A stretch of DNA of 62,255 bases, filler included, from Choristocarpus tenellus KU-1152 (Eukaryota; Protista; Phaeophyceae): assembly GCA_964200185.2 (NCBI GenBank). It is 8 parts of 8 records of this genome, joined end to end, with 100 filler letters (N's around TTAATTAATTAA, not from the genome) between each part and the next. Parts side by side here need not be neighbours in the genome. Positions count along the whole stretch, not along the records: positions 1 to 17,024 come from CAXNAD020000733.1; positions 17,125 to 28,154 come from CAXNAD020002555.1; 6 more parts are not named here. The stretch is one strand, 5' to 3'. Under the pieces are notes generated by a model. That model had not been told where the DNA came from, did not search any database, and saw only the letters and a list, made by a program, of their open reading frames with translations. A program made the translations under genes and the position numbers. Positions 12,843 to 24,900 of this stretch are shown here, piece by piece (within the stretch, counting starts at the first letter, position 1; each line of letters opens with the position of its first letter).

Positions 12843-14211
12843 ATGGCCGAGTTTGGGGCGGTTCTTTGTGCTAGGAGAGGTTGCCACCGGCACGACTTCT
12901 TACCCTTCGTGTGTGCAGCGTGTGGACTGACTTTCTGTCTTGAGCACCGGTCTTTCCGATCACATGGTTGCGAAAAGGGGGAAGTATCCCTCACATTCGG
13001 TCAGGGGGAGGAGGCGGAACCTTCGCAGCGGAGCTCGCACCCACTGTCATCCAACAAACCGTCTGAGTTGATGGAAGCTGTGGTTACCAGGTTTCATGGG
13101 CGAGAAAACGAGCTGAACGCCGACGTCACGCACTACAATATCAAGGCTTCGGCCAAGCGCACCGATGAAGGAACCCAGGACATGTGAGGATGACCTCATG
13201 GTGATTTGAACACCTCTCTCCAACATATGATTCCCCTGCTGATAAAGTAACGTACATTTTCGGATTTAGTGGTAATTGCCGACCCTTACTCTGCACCTCC
13301 CCACACTACCTTTCCAGGTTACTAAGGAGGTCCCAGTTGGTTGTGGAGAGATCAACAACAGCTAAGGGAAGACGGGTGTCGTCTCAGGTGCACCGTATGC
13401 TACTCAAATCCAAGGCCGTGGGGGATAATAGGCTTCAGATGAGCGACCGCTTCTTTCTGGAAGTGCGCTACTGGTGAGGCCAGCTCCCCGTTGGTATTTC
13501 AGGTGTGCAGTACTACTCAGCCTGAAGATACACCATTGTTAGGCTACATATGCCACCACCCTGAAGCCCGCTCATATATTTTTTTCCTCTACAACTATAA
13601 ATTGATTACCTGGCCTCCCTTTACTCCCATCTCGATGCACACAGAGAAAGCCGTTTGATCGTCTGAGACTGGACATAAATATATTAATGCATACCATGTC
13701 AAGTCCATATGATACTTCCCTTCATATGATGATATGTCGTGACCGATACCAAGGCATTTCTGAACAACGCCAATGATGCTGCACAGTCACGCCGCCTTTC
13801 CTTCTCCCCACCCCACCTGCACCCAGAAAAATATTGACAACTGGGCTCAATACCCCGACAAGTATACATTATCATACCTGCTTGGTAGGAGGTGTCCATG
13901 ACTCACAAACCCTGTGCAGCAGGGCCTTTTACTAATATGTATTAGCCCAAAACTAACCAGACCACACACCCACATATACCCCATGCTTCAAAACACTATC
14001 CCCCCGCTTTACCCTCAACACCCTCAGGGGGAATGAACAGACTGTTCATCATATGTTCTTCTCCAGGTTGTGGACAGTTGGTCGGACGTTAGATAAAATA
14101 GTGGAGCTTCACAGAGGGTGCCTAAGGCTAGACCCAGGACAGGAGGGTTGCATGCTGGATCTTGTCCGCGAGGGTTCTATTCACCGTCTACCCTTAGGTA
14201 CGACGTGCTGA
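12843..14211 (+). CDS. ZFAND1: AN1-type zinc finger protein with C-terminal ubiquitin-like domain (ZFAND1/Cuz1-like); 3' end uncertain
   Basis: Exons 12843-13183, 13318-13473 and 14028-14197 (or read-through to TGA at 14211). AN1 finger CARRGCHRHDFLPFVCAACGLTFCLEHRSFRSHGC; MLLKSKAVGDNRLQMSDRFFLEV and HMFFSRLWTVGRTLD match the ZFAND1 UBL region. Confidence 0.8.
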
Positions 14212-17024
14212 GATAGTGATGCCTTGGAATGTAAAGGATCCACCAGAGATTCTTCCATGTGTAGCTGCAGCAAGAATGACTTGTGGGTAGTTCAGTTACA
14301 TACTCTGTAGCTGATGCAATGAGAAGGGCTATCTGAGTCCTTTGAGAGTCATGAGCATATAGCACTGCCAGAATGAGGCCTATGTTTGGACTTGAGAATG
14401 CTCAGTACAGCTTTGCTGCAGTAACATCTTAAAGTACAGCGGATGGAACTATCTAGTAAGAGGGGATATTATCTCGCTTTTGTAGGCACTTTTTGAAATG
14501 AAAAAATTCACGAAATTTGGGCTAATCAGTCATGTGTAATTGGAATCATCTTATTTATATATAGTGTTCACTCCCTATCAAGAAATAGGGTGAGAGGTTG
14601 CAACTTCCCTTTCAGGTCGGTGTACTACTTGACCTCTATCTCTAATCTTCAGCTGTTGGTTTCTGCTTAAAACCCGGGGGGTCTCTCAGAAAGTCCCGTG
14701 AGCCGTTCTATTTTTAAAAGTCAATTAAGGCACCAGGGAAGACCAAACTTGTTGTCAGGAAGAACAGGAGTAGACACGGGCATACGTTTGGGCGTTTTCC
14801 ACAACTCAAAGCCAATCGTGAGTTATCGGCATCCCAAGCAAGGATTCCCAGGATGGCACATGAGAAAAGGGAGGGATCAAGGGGGCTGCTGGTCTCAGAG
14901 CTGCCTGCGAACAAGGGGGCGCCTGCAAGACGAAGGAAGGGGGGACAACCAACGTTCAAGATAGAAGCAATCCAACCCCAGCAGACTGACTGCAGAGACT
15001 AATCCGGAAATTCTGTTCCAGAGAGTAAGAAATCAATACTTGGCGGAGCTGTGTGATGCTACAATTTATACCCTAAACAGCACGACAAGTTCCATACAGG
15101 GTGTCAAAAGGCTCCATTCTTAGTGTTGCGTATTGTACTGACTAAACCGAAACCCTGCTTAGAATGCTGCTGGGGGTGACCAAAGATGAGGCAAGGGATC
15201 CACATGGCTTGGGGAAGGAAGAAGCAGGCGGTGGGTGCCACCGTAAGTACTGCTCAAAGAGTGGGGGAAGCTGATTCCAATAATGAAGTGGAGTGATTCG
15301 GGTTGGTCAGGGGGATGGGGGGGGGGGGGGGGCTTTCCGGGGGGAACACTACGCACTCTGTGGATGGCGCGGGTATACANNNNNNNNGGGGGGGGTGGAG
15401 GGGGGGGGGGGGGGGGGTTCGAGCGGGGGGGGGGGGTGCTGGGGGGGGGGGGGGGTGGGGGGGGGGGGGGGGGAGCTTTTCGGAGGGGACACTACGCACT
15501 CTGTTGATTGCGCGTGTATACAGTTTTGTAATAAACAACCCATGGACCAAAGTATTGGGAGGCGATGGAAGACTGCCTGCAAAGTATTGGGAGTGGGAAA
15601 AGATGAAGTTTTTCTATGGTGTGAAAAGAAAGTTGGGAGGAGGAAGGGGAGTTATCAAGAGCAGCAAGGCTCTGGGAGGGGGAGGCGCTCAAGTGGGACT
15701 TGGATAGGAGGTGTGAGCTCATTGAAGGGCAGCCTGATGAAAACAGAAGTCTGCTTCTAGACACAGCACTCCTTCGGAAATGTGGTCTTCTGTTGAGAGT
15801 TGTTGGGTTGGGTATAGACAGAGCTTGGGGCAGACCTCTCGCCAAAAGAGTCTAAGCGGGTGTTCTGAACAACCCAGGCCATGTGAGGAGAAGGGGCTAG
15901 AATCGAGACCCCACCTCTGCGACGGAAGAGAGGAAAGCATGTATTTGCAGGAGGAGAATAGGGCGGAAGTGGTGGTGGAAAGCGGAAGCAATGACATTGC
16001 CGAGGCTGACTACTCGGAGCCTGTGATGTCATTAAAAATAATATTAAGAGACAGCCCAGTAGCGCCCAGAGTGTTTCTCAGTCATGGTTTTCCTTTAAAC
16101 TACCTGCGCTTCCAACCGCAACGATTTGAGTCGCCAAATTTACGTATCCTGCATGAGTCCTGTGTTGTGCCGTTGTTCCAATGAGATGGGTCTCTCGCGT
16201 CATGAACGGGGAAAGTGGAATTTTGTGCAAGTATGAAAACAACAGAAATATCCTTGAGAAGCAGAAACGAACCCCTTATCCAGTTATGCACTACCTGCTC
16301 CGCACATTGTTATGAGTTGGGGGTGCCACAATAGCTTGACCAACAGGTTAGGCGACACCAGCTCGAGTTGTTCAGATGAAACTCCCTTCGTTTGGATATT
16401 TGTGTGTGTGTGTGTGTGTGCTTCTTTAAAGTTTAAAAAAAAAGAAAAAATGTTAGTTTGTACTTGAAAGAACTGCTGGCTGTGACTGTTCTTCAGGATT
16501 ACGTGGAGAAGATTCTCCAGGGGCATCAATCAACTTGTGCGAACTTGCTGTGTTGCGTTGTGTTGTGTTGAGCACTCAAAAGTTTTTTTTTTAATTTAAT
16601 CTTTTGAAAACAAGAAGGCGGGTTGTGAAGGGTAGGGCGATGGAGAATATTTGATGAGAACTGAGGAGGGAAAAAACTGTAGCTCAGCTCCAATCCCTTT
16701 AGGTGTGAGAGTGGGAGGTTACGGGTTGGACAACACTGCGCGGTGATGGTCTACAATGCGAATTTCGTTATTGGTCTCTTCACTGGTGCTTTGTTCACCA
16801 AGGGATAGCGCTTAGTTTTTGAAAGATTGTTGATACAGGAGGCATGGAGGTAGGATGTAGGTAGGCAATTGATGCCGTAACCTCTATGTACTTGATGCTC
16901 TATGGAAAAGCAGTGCTCTGCATTTTGTTCTTCGAGAATAGTACATTACATCGAAGAATGGTACCATAATAGGACTCCCAGAACTGCCATGTCATGGTAC
17001 ATGTTTCCTGAGCACTCTGGGGGG

Positions 17025-17124
17025 NNNNNNNNNNNNNNNNNNNNNNNNNNNNNNNNNNNNNNNNNNNNTTAATTAATTAANNNNNNNNNNNNNNNNNNNN
17101 NNNNNNNNNNNNNNNNNNNNNNNN
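17025..17124. other. artificial contig linker N44-TTAATTAATTAA-N44 (also 28155-28254, 39173-39272, 42561-42660, 45869-45968, 53564-53663, 57608-57707)
   Basis: Seven identical 100-nt spacers with stop codons in all six frames. Confidence 0.97.
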
Positions 17125-17624
17125 GGCGGGGAAGGGGGGGGGAGGGAGAAGTGCACTTTGGCCTTTCAAGTGGAATGATCGGTGGGGTTGAGGTTCGGCA
17201 GGTAACAACAGTGCTGAGAATTACTGGAGGAGCGTTGTTCACATGGGTTCGGAATACACTAAGGAGCGTTAGAAATAGGGGTGATTTTTGTTGGCTGACA
17301 TGCTCCCCAGGCAGCTGAGGAGCTTGCTTTCAGAAGGAGGATCACTAGGAATATGTTTGCAGTCCATATGATGGACACTGTGTAGCTGTGTGATGATTGG
17401 ATGGTAGCATCTATCGTACCTACCTTATCTACCGTATCTATCAATATATGTCGACATAATGATAACTTCTAGGTGCTACGCATAGTATGGAGTAAGTGAG
17501 TGGTATCAGTCTCAGCCTCTGCCGATGTAAGGTGTTAGGGTTAGGGGTAGAATTTGAGCAACTCCTTAGTAAGCAGAACATACGCAAAATTCACAAATGA
17601 TCCCAAGCTTGTCCCCTCTCTCAC

Positions 17625-18693
17625 CTCAAGGCAGGACTCAAAGCCCTCCCAAGAAACTTTTGTGCTCCACCAGTCGCAAAAGTCTTCCCCGGGTTTAAGA
17701 CTCGTTATCGTGAAGAAGGCCCACCAGATCAATGGGAAGTGGGCCATGCGCCGGTAGTGCGTAACTATACCGTTGAACGGCCAGCCCGCGTACTTCGTCC
17801 AGATATCCACCACCGTGACGTTGACCCTGGGGGGTACGACAATACCCATAGAATTGGTCTGGCATCAACGAACGCTTTATCCCCATGCATGGCATCGAGA
17901 TTCAAGCAGAAGACGTGATTCGTTCGCTACTAAAGCAACAATAAAATAGCAAAAACATGACATGTTTTCGAAAACTGTAGATACTAGTCTGCGACCGATT
18001 GCGTGAAGCGCAATCGGTAAGGTTCAACTTGAATTTCATTCCGGTTTACACTATTTCCTCCATCTAAAGTTTTAGTGGTCTAGATTATATAGCAGAACGT
18101 TATAAGCCCCCTTCAGCTCAATGCAGGTTGTACCCTGCTGCGGTTTCATCTTAGATTCAATGTGGAGACATCATCATGACACTTTGCACCAAACAGTTCG
18201 TGATCTGAAAAATAGAATTCTTCTGCTGGCATGGTCAACAACAGCGATGGTAGTACTCGATGTCATACTTCTAAAACTATTTATTACCCCGGTAAATTGT
18301 CCACCTTCGTCCATAAAGCTCCTGCAGACCTTCTTGTATCGCTAATGCCGCTGCTCTGTGCCCCCCCCCCGTGTCCGACATCAAGATAACTACATTCTTG
18401 ACAGAAAATCCTCCACCTCGAACATGCGTTGCGTACTGCAAGGAGCTGAGGGATGAAATCCCAGGTCTGTCGACCAACAGCTCATCACCATTTTTCGAAT
18501 CTACAGGCGGTTTACAACTCGACAACCTAAGGGGCTGCACCAAACCAAACAAATCACTGACCAGTGACCAAGGTCCCGACGCAATGTTTGCGAAGTTATG
18601 CGGAGTACATCCTACCCTCGGCGTAGGAACCAGCAACCAGCATAGCACCAACCACCAGGATGGCATCATTTCGAACTTTTGAAGAAGGATCAT
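17625..18693 (-). CDS. MGD: monogalactosyldiacylglycerol (MGDG) synthase, GT28 family; 5' partial gene model (first 2 exons, rest cut by linker)
   Basis: Exons 18693-18305 and 17826-17625 (phase 2, GT-AG). Diagnostic VVILMSDTGGGHRAAALAI and VDIWTKYAGWPFN; hydrophobic N-terminus MMPSWWLVLCWLLV. Confidence 0.88.
17984..18084 (-). mobile_element. probable Helitron 3' end / short non-autonomous Helitron in MGD intron 1
   Basis: Perfect 10-bp hairpin ACCGATTGCG-tgaag-CGCAATCGGT (17994-18018) followed on the minus strand after 6 nt by CTAG|T. A candidate A|TC 5' end at 18084 is tentative. Confidence 0.5.
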
Positions 18694-18955
18694 GTAAGAT
18701 CATTATCACATGATCACATAATTACTATACAAATCAACAACACATAATCAATCATAAACCCTCCAATTAACCAATAACCTTCGCAGGCTTGGTCTTGAAG
18801 TTTAAAGTACGAAACGAAACGAAAACCAAACTATCAACGACTCTAGACACAACAAACAGGAAACACTAATACTCACTCACAACTATTAATTAGGGTACAC
18901 GTTTCCGGGGGGAGAGAGGGAGGGTCATTGTAGCCCAGATTTCCCTCCTGGTACC
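18694..18955. promoter_or_regulatory. probable bidirectional promoter between MGD (-) and the GOLD-domain gene (+)
   Basis: 262 bp between divergent ATGs; A/C-rich. Confidence 0.5.
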
Positions 18956-21900
18956 ATGTCCATTCTTGATGATAACCTCTCAATTGGTTTGCAGGAAAAG
19001 AGGGACGACAGCGGCAACCTGTCACGCGTCGATTTAATTGATTCGACGCTCTTGTCCACAGGAAGCAAGGGAGGTTCTCGTCTGGACTATCCTTCTGTTC
19101 CACTACCCTCTTCTGCGAGTTCATACCCCTCAATCACGTCTGCGCTGCCCTCCGAGCCCCCTTGGACTAAGAAGACAACTCAAGAAGGAGATACCACAAA
19201 CTATGATTTTGATTCGTCACTCCCTTCATCTGGGCAAGGTATTGATGGGAAAGTGAATGCCAGCGAAGAGAATGTGGACCCATCCATAATCGAGGAGTAC
19301 CAGGATACAGTGACAGGAGATGGATCCTCTAAGGAAATGAAAACACCTGCTCAATGGTTGGGGGCTTCCCCTGTTGAGACTGACCCTCCTCCCGTTACTA
19401 CCACAGTTGCAACTCCAGTTATTGAAGATGACCTCTGTCGGGAAGAGTCTTTAAGGGTAAACAACGTGATACAGCACGAAGAGCAGACTCGAGGGGATGA
19501 AATTAAGGAAGCTGTTACCACAGTCTCTCAAAATTGTGTCCTGAACGGATCCATCCCGAGGACACTGGCTGGCGAGTGTTCTTCAAGGCCATGGATGAAG
19601 TTGCAGAAGGCAAGTACTTCACCGCCTGTAAACTCTTTTTTTGTGTCACATATTAAGTTGATTCAAGCAAGATATTCAGGAGGCTGCTGTCACACGTCAG
19701 GGTCAATTTTTTTCATTGACCTTTCCCAATAATATAAGGCAGATCATTCCTTCTATGGTGAGATAACTGCTTCATAGATATAGCTGATGAAGTCAGAGAT
19801 GAACTGGGGAAAGCAGGATGATGTTGTCAGCACCTCACTCTACATAACCAACAATAAAATTCAGTTCAATGTCATTCCCCATAGGTGATTGACGACATAA
19901 ACACGTTAAGCCCGCAACATCAAAACTCTCCCCCCAAGCCTGTTGAGCATTGCAATGGGAGCAAGGTGGGCAGAGCAAGAGAGGGGCAGGACAACACCGA
20001 GCACGAAGGGGGACAAAAGGATCGAGAGTTCGCACAGATAAGCAAGGCACAGCAAGATAGTATCAACCAGGGGGGGGGAATGGATAAAGGTGAGGGCAAG
20101 AGGCATAAGACTGACAAAAATACGGAGGAAAACAGCTGCAGCCACAAAAAGGTTGGTTTAACTCCCTACCAAGTACCCCCCTCTTCTACCATTGATAAAG
20201 AACTGTGTCATTCAAGCACGGTCAAGCTTCGCCAGAAGATACCGGTGGGGCAGAAGACCAATGCCAAAAGCAAAAAAGCTTGGAGTGCTTCAGAGGGTAT
20301 TCATTGCTGTGGGCAAGGCAACCGAAAGGGCCTTCCAGCAAGAACAGGGAGGAGGCCCAAAAGGGATAGAGAGGGTGCAGAGTGTATAGTGGGACAAACC
20401 CATTCCCTCTCTTCCACGCCCTTGAATAAGCTCAAAGAACCGAGCATTATAGCGGTCGGGGGATTGCAAAGCACAGTTCTAGGCTTCTCGCAAATGGTGT
20501 TGGATAATGGGACTACAAGGAAGGTGGTAGGTGCAACAAGGACAGGGTGGGAGTCCAGTCGAGACTTTGTGAGCAGTCAGGTCACCAAGGCAGCAGAGGT
20601 GGGTAATGAAGATCTCAGTGGAAACACGGTGATGGCATACCTTTATATGGACAATTCTTTGCTACCGGCGTCCAGGTAGAACTATTTAGAGAGAAGTCCG
20701 AGTTGTTAGTGCCTAACAGTCCAGGAAACATGTTCAAATAATGCAACTGGCACTTCCGAAATCCCTGACCACCACCATTTACTTGCACGCTTGCCCTTGC
20801 CCTGAAACCTGCCCCAAACTCTTGATGCTGCCTAAGAAGGTTCTTGCTGACCCCAATCTTTCAAAGCGAATGGGTGAGGTGACAGCCACAGCTGTTGCAA
20901 GTTTCACTGGACGTGCTCGTGAGGGCTATATCTCAGCATACAACCAATGTACCAACACATCTGCTACACTTGGAAAGGTGACTCGTTGACCGTGGGGAAG
21001 GGGGGGGGCATTTCCTGGACCACTTTGTTTACGTTTACGAGAATCTTTGCTCTGGAACTGGAATGGGTTAGGGTTAGGGTTAGTGTTGTTTGTGTTTTGC
21101 ACTGGTGGGATGTGCCACGGTGTTGTCCAACAGATGGATGGAAAGAATCCACAGAAGTGCTGCACAAATGCCTGATCAATTTTTACAACACTTTAGAGAA
21201 ATGGTAAACGCATCAACCGACCTTGATGATATCCCCAAGGAAGGTTTTCCCAAAGCTACAACTCAGCTTTGCCGGAAGTTGTCCATCTCTCTGGTCATCA
21301 TCTCAACAACAACATTCTTATGGTGCTAAGTGCCAACTTATTTTTTTCTGAAATTTGTGTTGGTTGACCCATGATCCCCTTCTGCTTAAATGCGCTGTTA
21401 ATGTGCTGTTGTACAGATGAACTACGGACGGAGCAACACAATATTTTCAATAGAACAGTCGACCGAATTGATGCAAAGTCTGCTCGTGCAGGCTTGTTGT
21501 GTACAACTCACCCACTTCAACAAAAGTTATTGCAAATATTGATTGGCCTGGGAACGATATTTCCCTTTGTGTCTCGTCAACATGCGCCTTGTATCTGTTT
21601 GAATGCAGACAAGGGTCCATAATGTCATGCCCCACACCTTGATGCTTGTCCTTACCCTGTCCACATGCATGCAGCATGTGTACGCCACGAAATACTCTAT
21701 AAAAAGTGATGGACGAAAAACGACAGATCCAATCTTTTTTTTTTTCTTGCATTTGATGCCGAAATTCATTGTGCGAGTTTTGGACTGAGAGAGGATAACC
21801 CTAACCCCAACCATTACCCGAACATGACAAGGAGCAACAACCAAACCCCCCCTCACCAAAAATATATAGGTGTGTGGATATATACATAAATAGTCTTGCC

Positions 21901-24900
21901 TCCATTGGAAGAGGGAGTGGTGCATCATCTCTTTACCTTGGCTCTACTAAGAGTGAAAGTATGTTAGGGTTAGGGTACGAGTTTGCCATGTTTGTCCGAT
22001 TGGGGCTTGACTTCCCACGGTCTTTTTTTATTACATTTTCCTATTCCAAAATGTTTCAGAGTAGATAAAGTGTATACATTATGAAAAGGTGTGTCTGGAC
22101 CAAGGATATGGACACTTTCTAACAAACACAATAGTCAAAATTACATCAAAATCGCAACATTGGATTTTGACCCCAAATGGACGTGGCTCTACCCTCTAAG
22201 ATACTTTGACTCTAAACCTAACCCTCAGGTGTTGATGGCAAGCGCCGAATCATTTGAAGATTTCGTGGAGGAACAAACAAGAGATGATGACTTCAGTCAG
22301 ATCCTCTGTGTTGATGGGGCAACTGGGCTCCATGTGGCACGAGCCAGCACGTACACACTGCCACACAGAATCCTTGGGGGATGCTCCTTGTGTTGGGAGT
22401 TCAGGGTGAAGGTGAGCATTTTATATTTTTTTGATAGGTCGTGTATGCCCTTCGAAATAGTGGTGAGTGAATGCATTGTATTGAAATAGAGTACAATTAA
22501 TTGTCAACGGAGTAGTAGTAGTAGTAGTAGTAGCAGTGCACTGTGCTGAGTTTGTCCCCTTTGTAAACATGAGTTCAAGTTTCACTGTTGTCACCAATGC
22601 GAGTTGTTTAAGTAACCCTAACCGACCATTCCAATCTGAAGAGTAGCTAAAAAAATCACTAGTTGGTTGGTGTCAGTCTGTAGATGGGACGAGGGGTTGG
22701 CACAGTCGTGAGTGAGCATCACGAGTGGTAAGTTGAATGCATACTGACAAGGTCGCCTGGAAGAGTGGTCTAAGAAGTGAGCTGCTTGTGCTTGACCAGA
22801 AATGACTCATCATAGATAGTCAAAGATAGTCACAGATAGCCAGGCCACCTGGAAGGGCGACTTGGAAATGAGCTGCTTGTGACTGACAAGAAATTGCTCA
22901 TTCACTGGATAGTCACAGGATATGGACCAGACATCAGGCTGCATCAGAGTGGAAATAACATCCCACATCATCCCAAAGGTTGCCTGTAGTGAGTTCAAAG
23001 GGTATGATAGTGACTGATGCGAGAGCAGATGACCATGCTTTCCAATGTAAAAATCTACTACACCGTAAGTACATTAGCATCCATATGTATAGTAAGTAGT
23101 ACTACTACTAATCCTACTTGGAAAAATATCATAGGGTACTTTATATATATTTTTACTCAGCAATAGGTGCTGAGTTGGGGTTTTTCAATGAATGCAAGAG
23201 TTTCTCTTTCTAAAACATTAATGATGACAGAACAGATCATATGATAAAAACTGGTAATGTACTCCGGAGCACACTGGTAGTATCATGTCAATCCCTCCAA
23301 ATTGCATAGGCATGATGATTTATAACGTAAAGGAATATGTATTGACTACGTCACCAACAATGACTTGAGAAGGTGCATTCATATCCTCTCTGAGATCCAG
23401 AGCGAGTGGCAAGGACTAGGTAGACATGGTCAGAAACATCGCCTGTACCAATTGTCTCCCACTAGTCAACAACAACATGCATCAATACTGGCCAGCAACA
23501 AATCTTCCCAGATGAAAAACGACTAATGAATTCTCACTCTGATGACTGCTTTCTTGAATGCATACTATCATTTGCTGAAGGCTTCAACAGCTACAGAGAT
23601 TTGATAAGCATTCCAACGGATCTCCATAATGCAGGGAAGGAGTTATTATCAGAGGATGTGGGATGTGAAATCTAAAAAGGGGTTATAGTACATTTGGAGG
23701 GATATCAGATAATTCTCAAAGTTACAAATTGGAGCCTGGGGACCTTTGTGTGGATCATTGGTAGAACAGTGCTGCTTGGTGCTAAACGTATTGTTTTTGA
23801 AAGGGCTCAGGTGCTCAGTAATCAGTACCCTCCGATACAATCGGCCTCTTTTTGCAAGAGGTGGGTGGGGATCAAAGGTGTATGACTCCAGGAATCTCCG
23901 CTATCCCCTCAGATGGTTGAGATTTTCCACGAATCTCAGCATGCTGATTGATGAAAGGAGGCTATACCACCACCCATGTGTCATTAGAGGAAGGGGATTT
24001 GGGTCCTACATAGTTAAAGTATCTTAGAGGGTAGAGCTGCGTCCATTTGGGAGCCAAATCCAATATTGCGATTTTGATGTGCTTTTGGCTATCTTGTTTG
24101 CTAGGCAGTGTCAATATCCTTGTTTCGGACACATCTTTTTGAAACATATACATTCTACCTACTCCGAAACATTTCGGGAGCAGGATAATGTCATAAAGAA
24201 CCCGTGGGAAGCCAAGCCACAAACGGACAAACAGGGCAAAACTCGTACCATCTAAGATACTTTCACTCACACACTTCCGTTTATGCTAGAAACTGACTCA
24301 CAGATAGATAGGTGGGTAGGGTTTTTTAGTTGCTATCGCAGTAAGGACTGTGTGTAATAACCATTGCCAATCAGGGAGGATGTTCCCCTCCTTCCCGGTA
24401 TCCCATACCCATGTGCCGTTCAGGATCATGACCTTGGCTTCACTCTGCGCCTTCGCTACCAGGGTATCGGGGGATCACGTGAGGAAGATGTGTTCCCAAT
24501 GGAGCGGTGAGACATACAAAGCATGTGTGATACAAGCTAAAGGGCTCCTCGGAGTATGTTTTAGAAATGATGAAAATATGCATTTATGTACACAATTATG
24601 CATCGAGCATGGACCCAGACACACCCAAGCATCTTGAAATGCGAGTTAAAACCAGCATTTGTTAATTGTGTTTTACACTCTGGAATACTACTACGGGCAA
24701 TACTTGGCTCTCGATGGAGGGAGTGGGAATGTTGCGTATAGAAGGATATGGATAGGAACATTCTTCTCCTCCTCTTCTCACATTCCACAGATAACAAGAA
24801 TAGCGGTAGACAACACCAATAACAATGATAACACGAATCGAGATTGAGGGGGTGAGGGAAGTTGGGATTCGCATCCACTCCACTGGGCTCAAAGCAACAT

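Noticed and set aside
15332-15522. Direct repeat ACACTACGCACTCTGT..TATACA around an 8-N gap
   Set aside because: One copy looks like a G-biased low-quality read of the other beside a poly-G gap; probable assembly artefact.
17069-17080. Recurrent TTAATTAATTAA palindrome
   Set aside because: Synthetic six-frame-stop linker.
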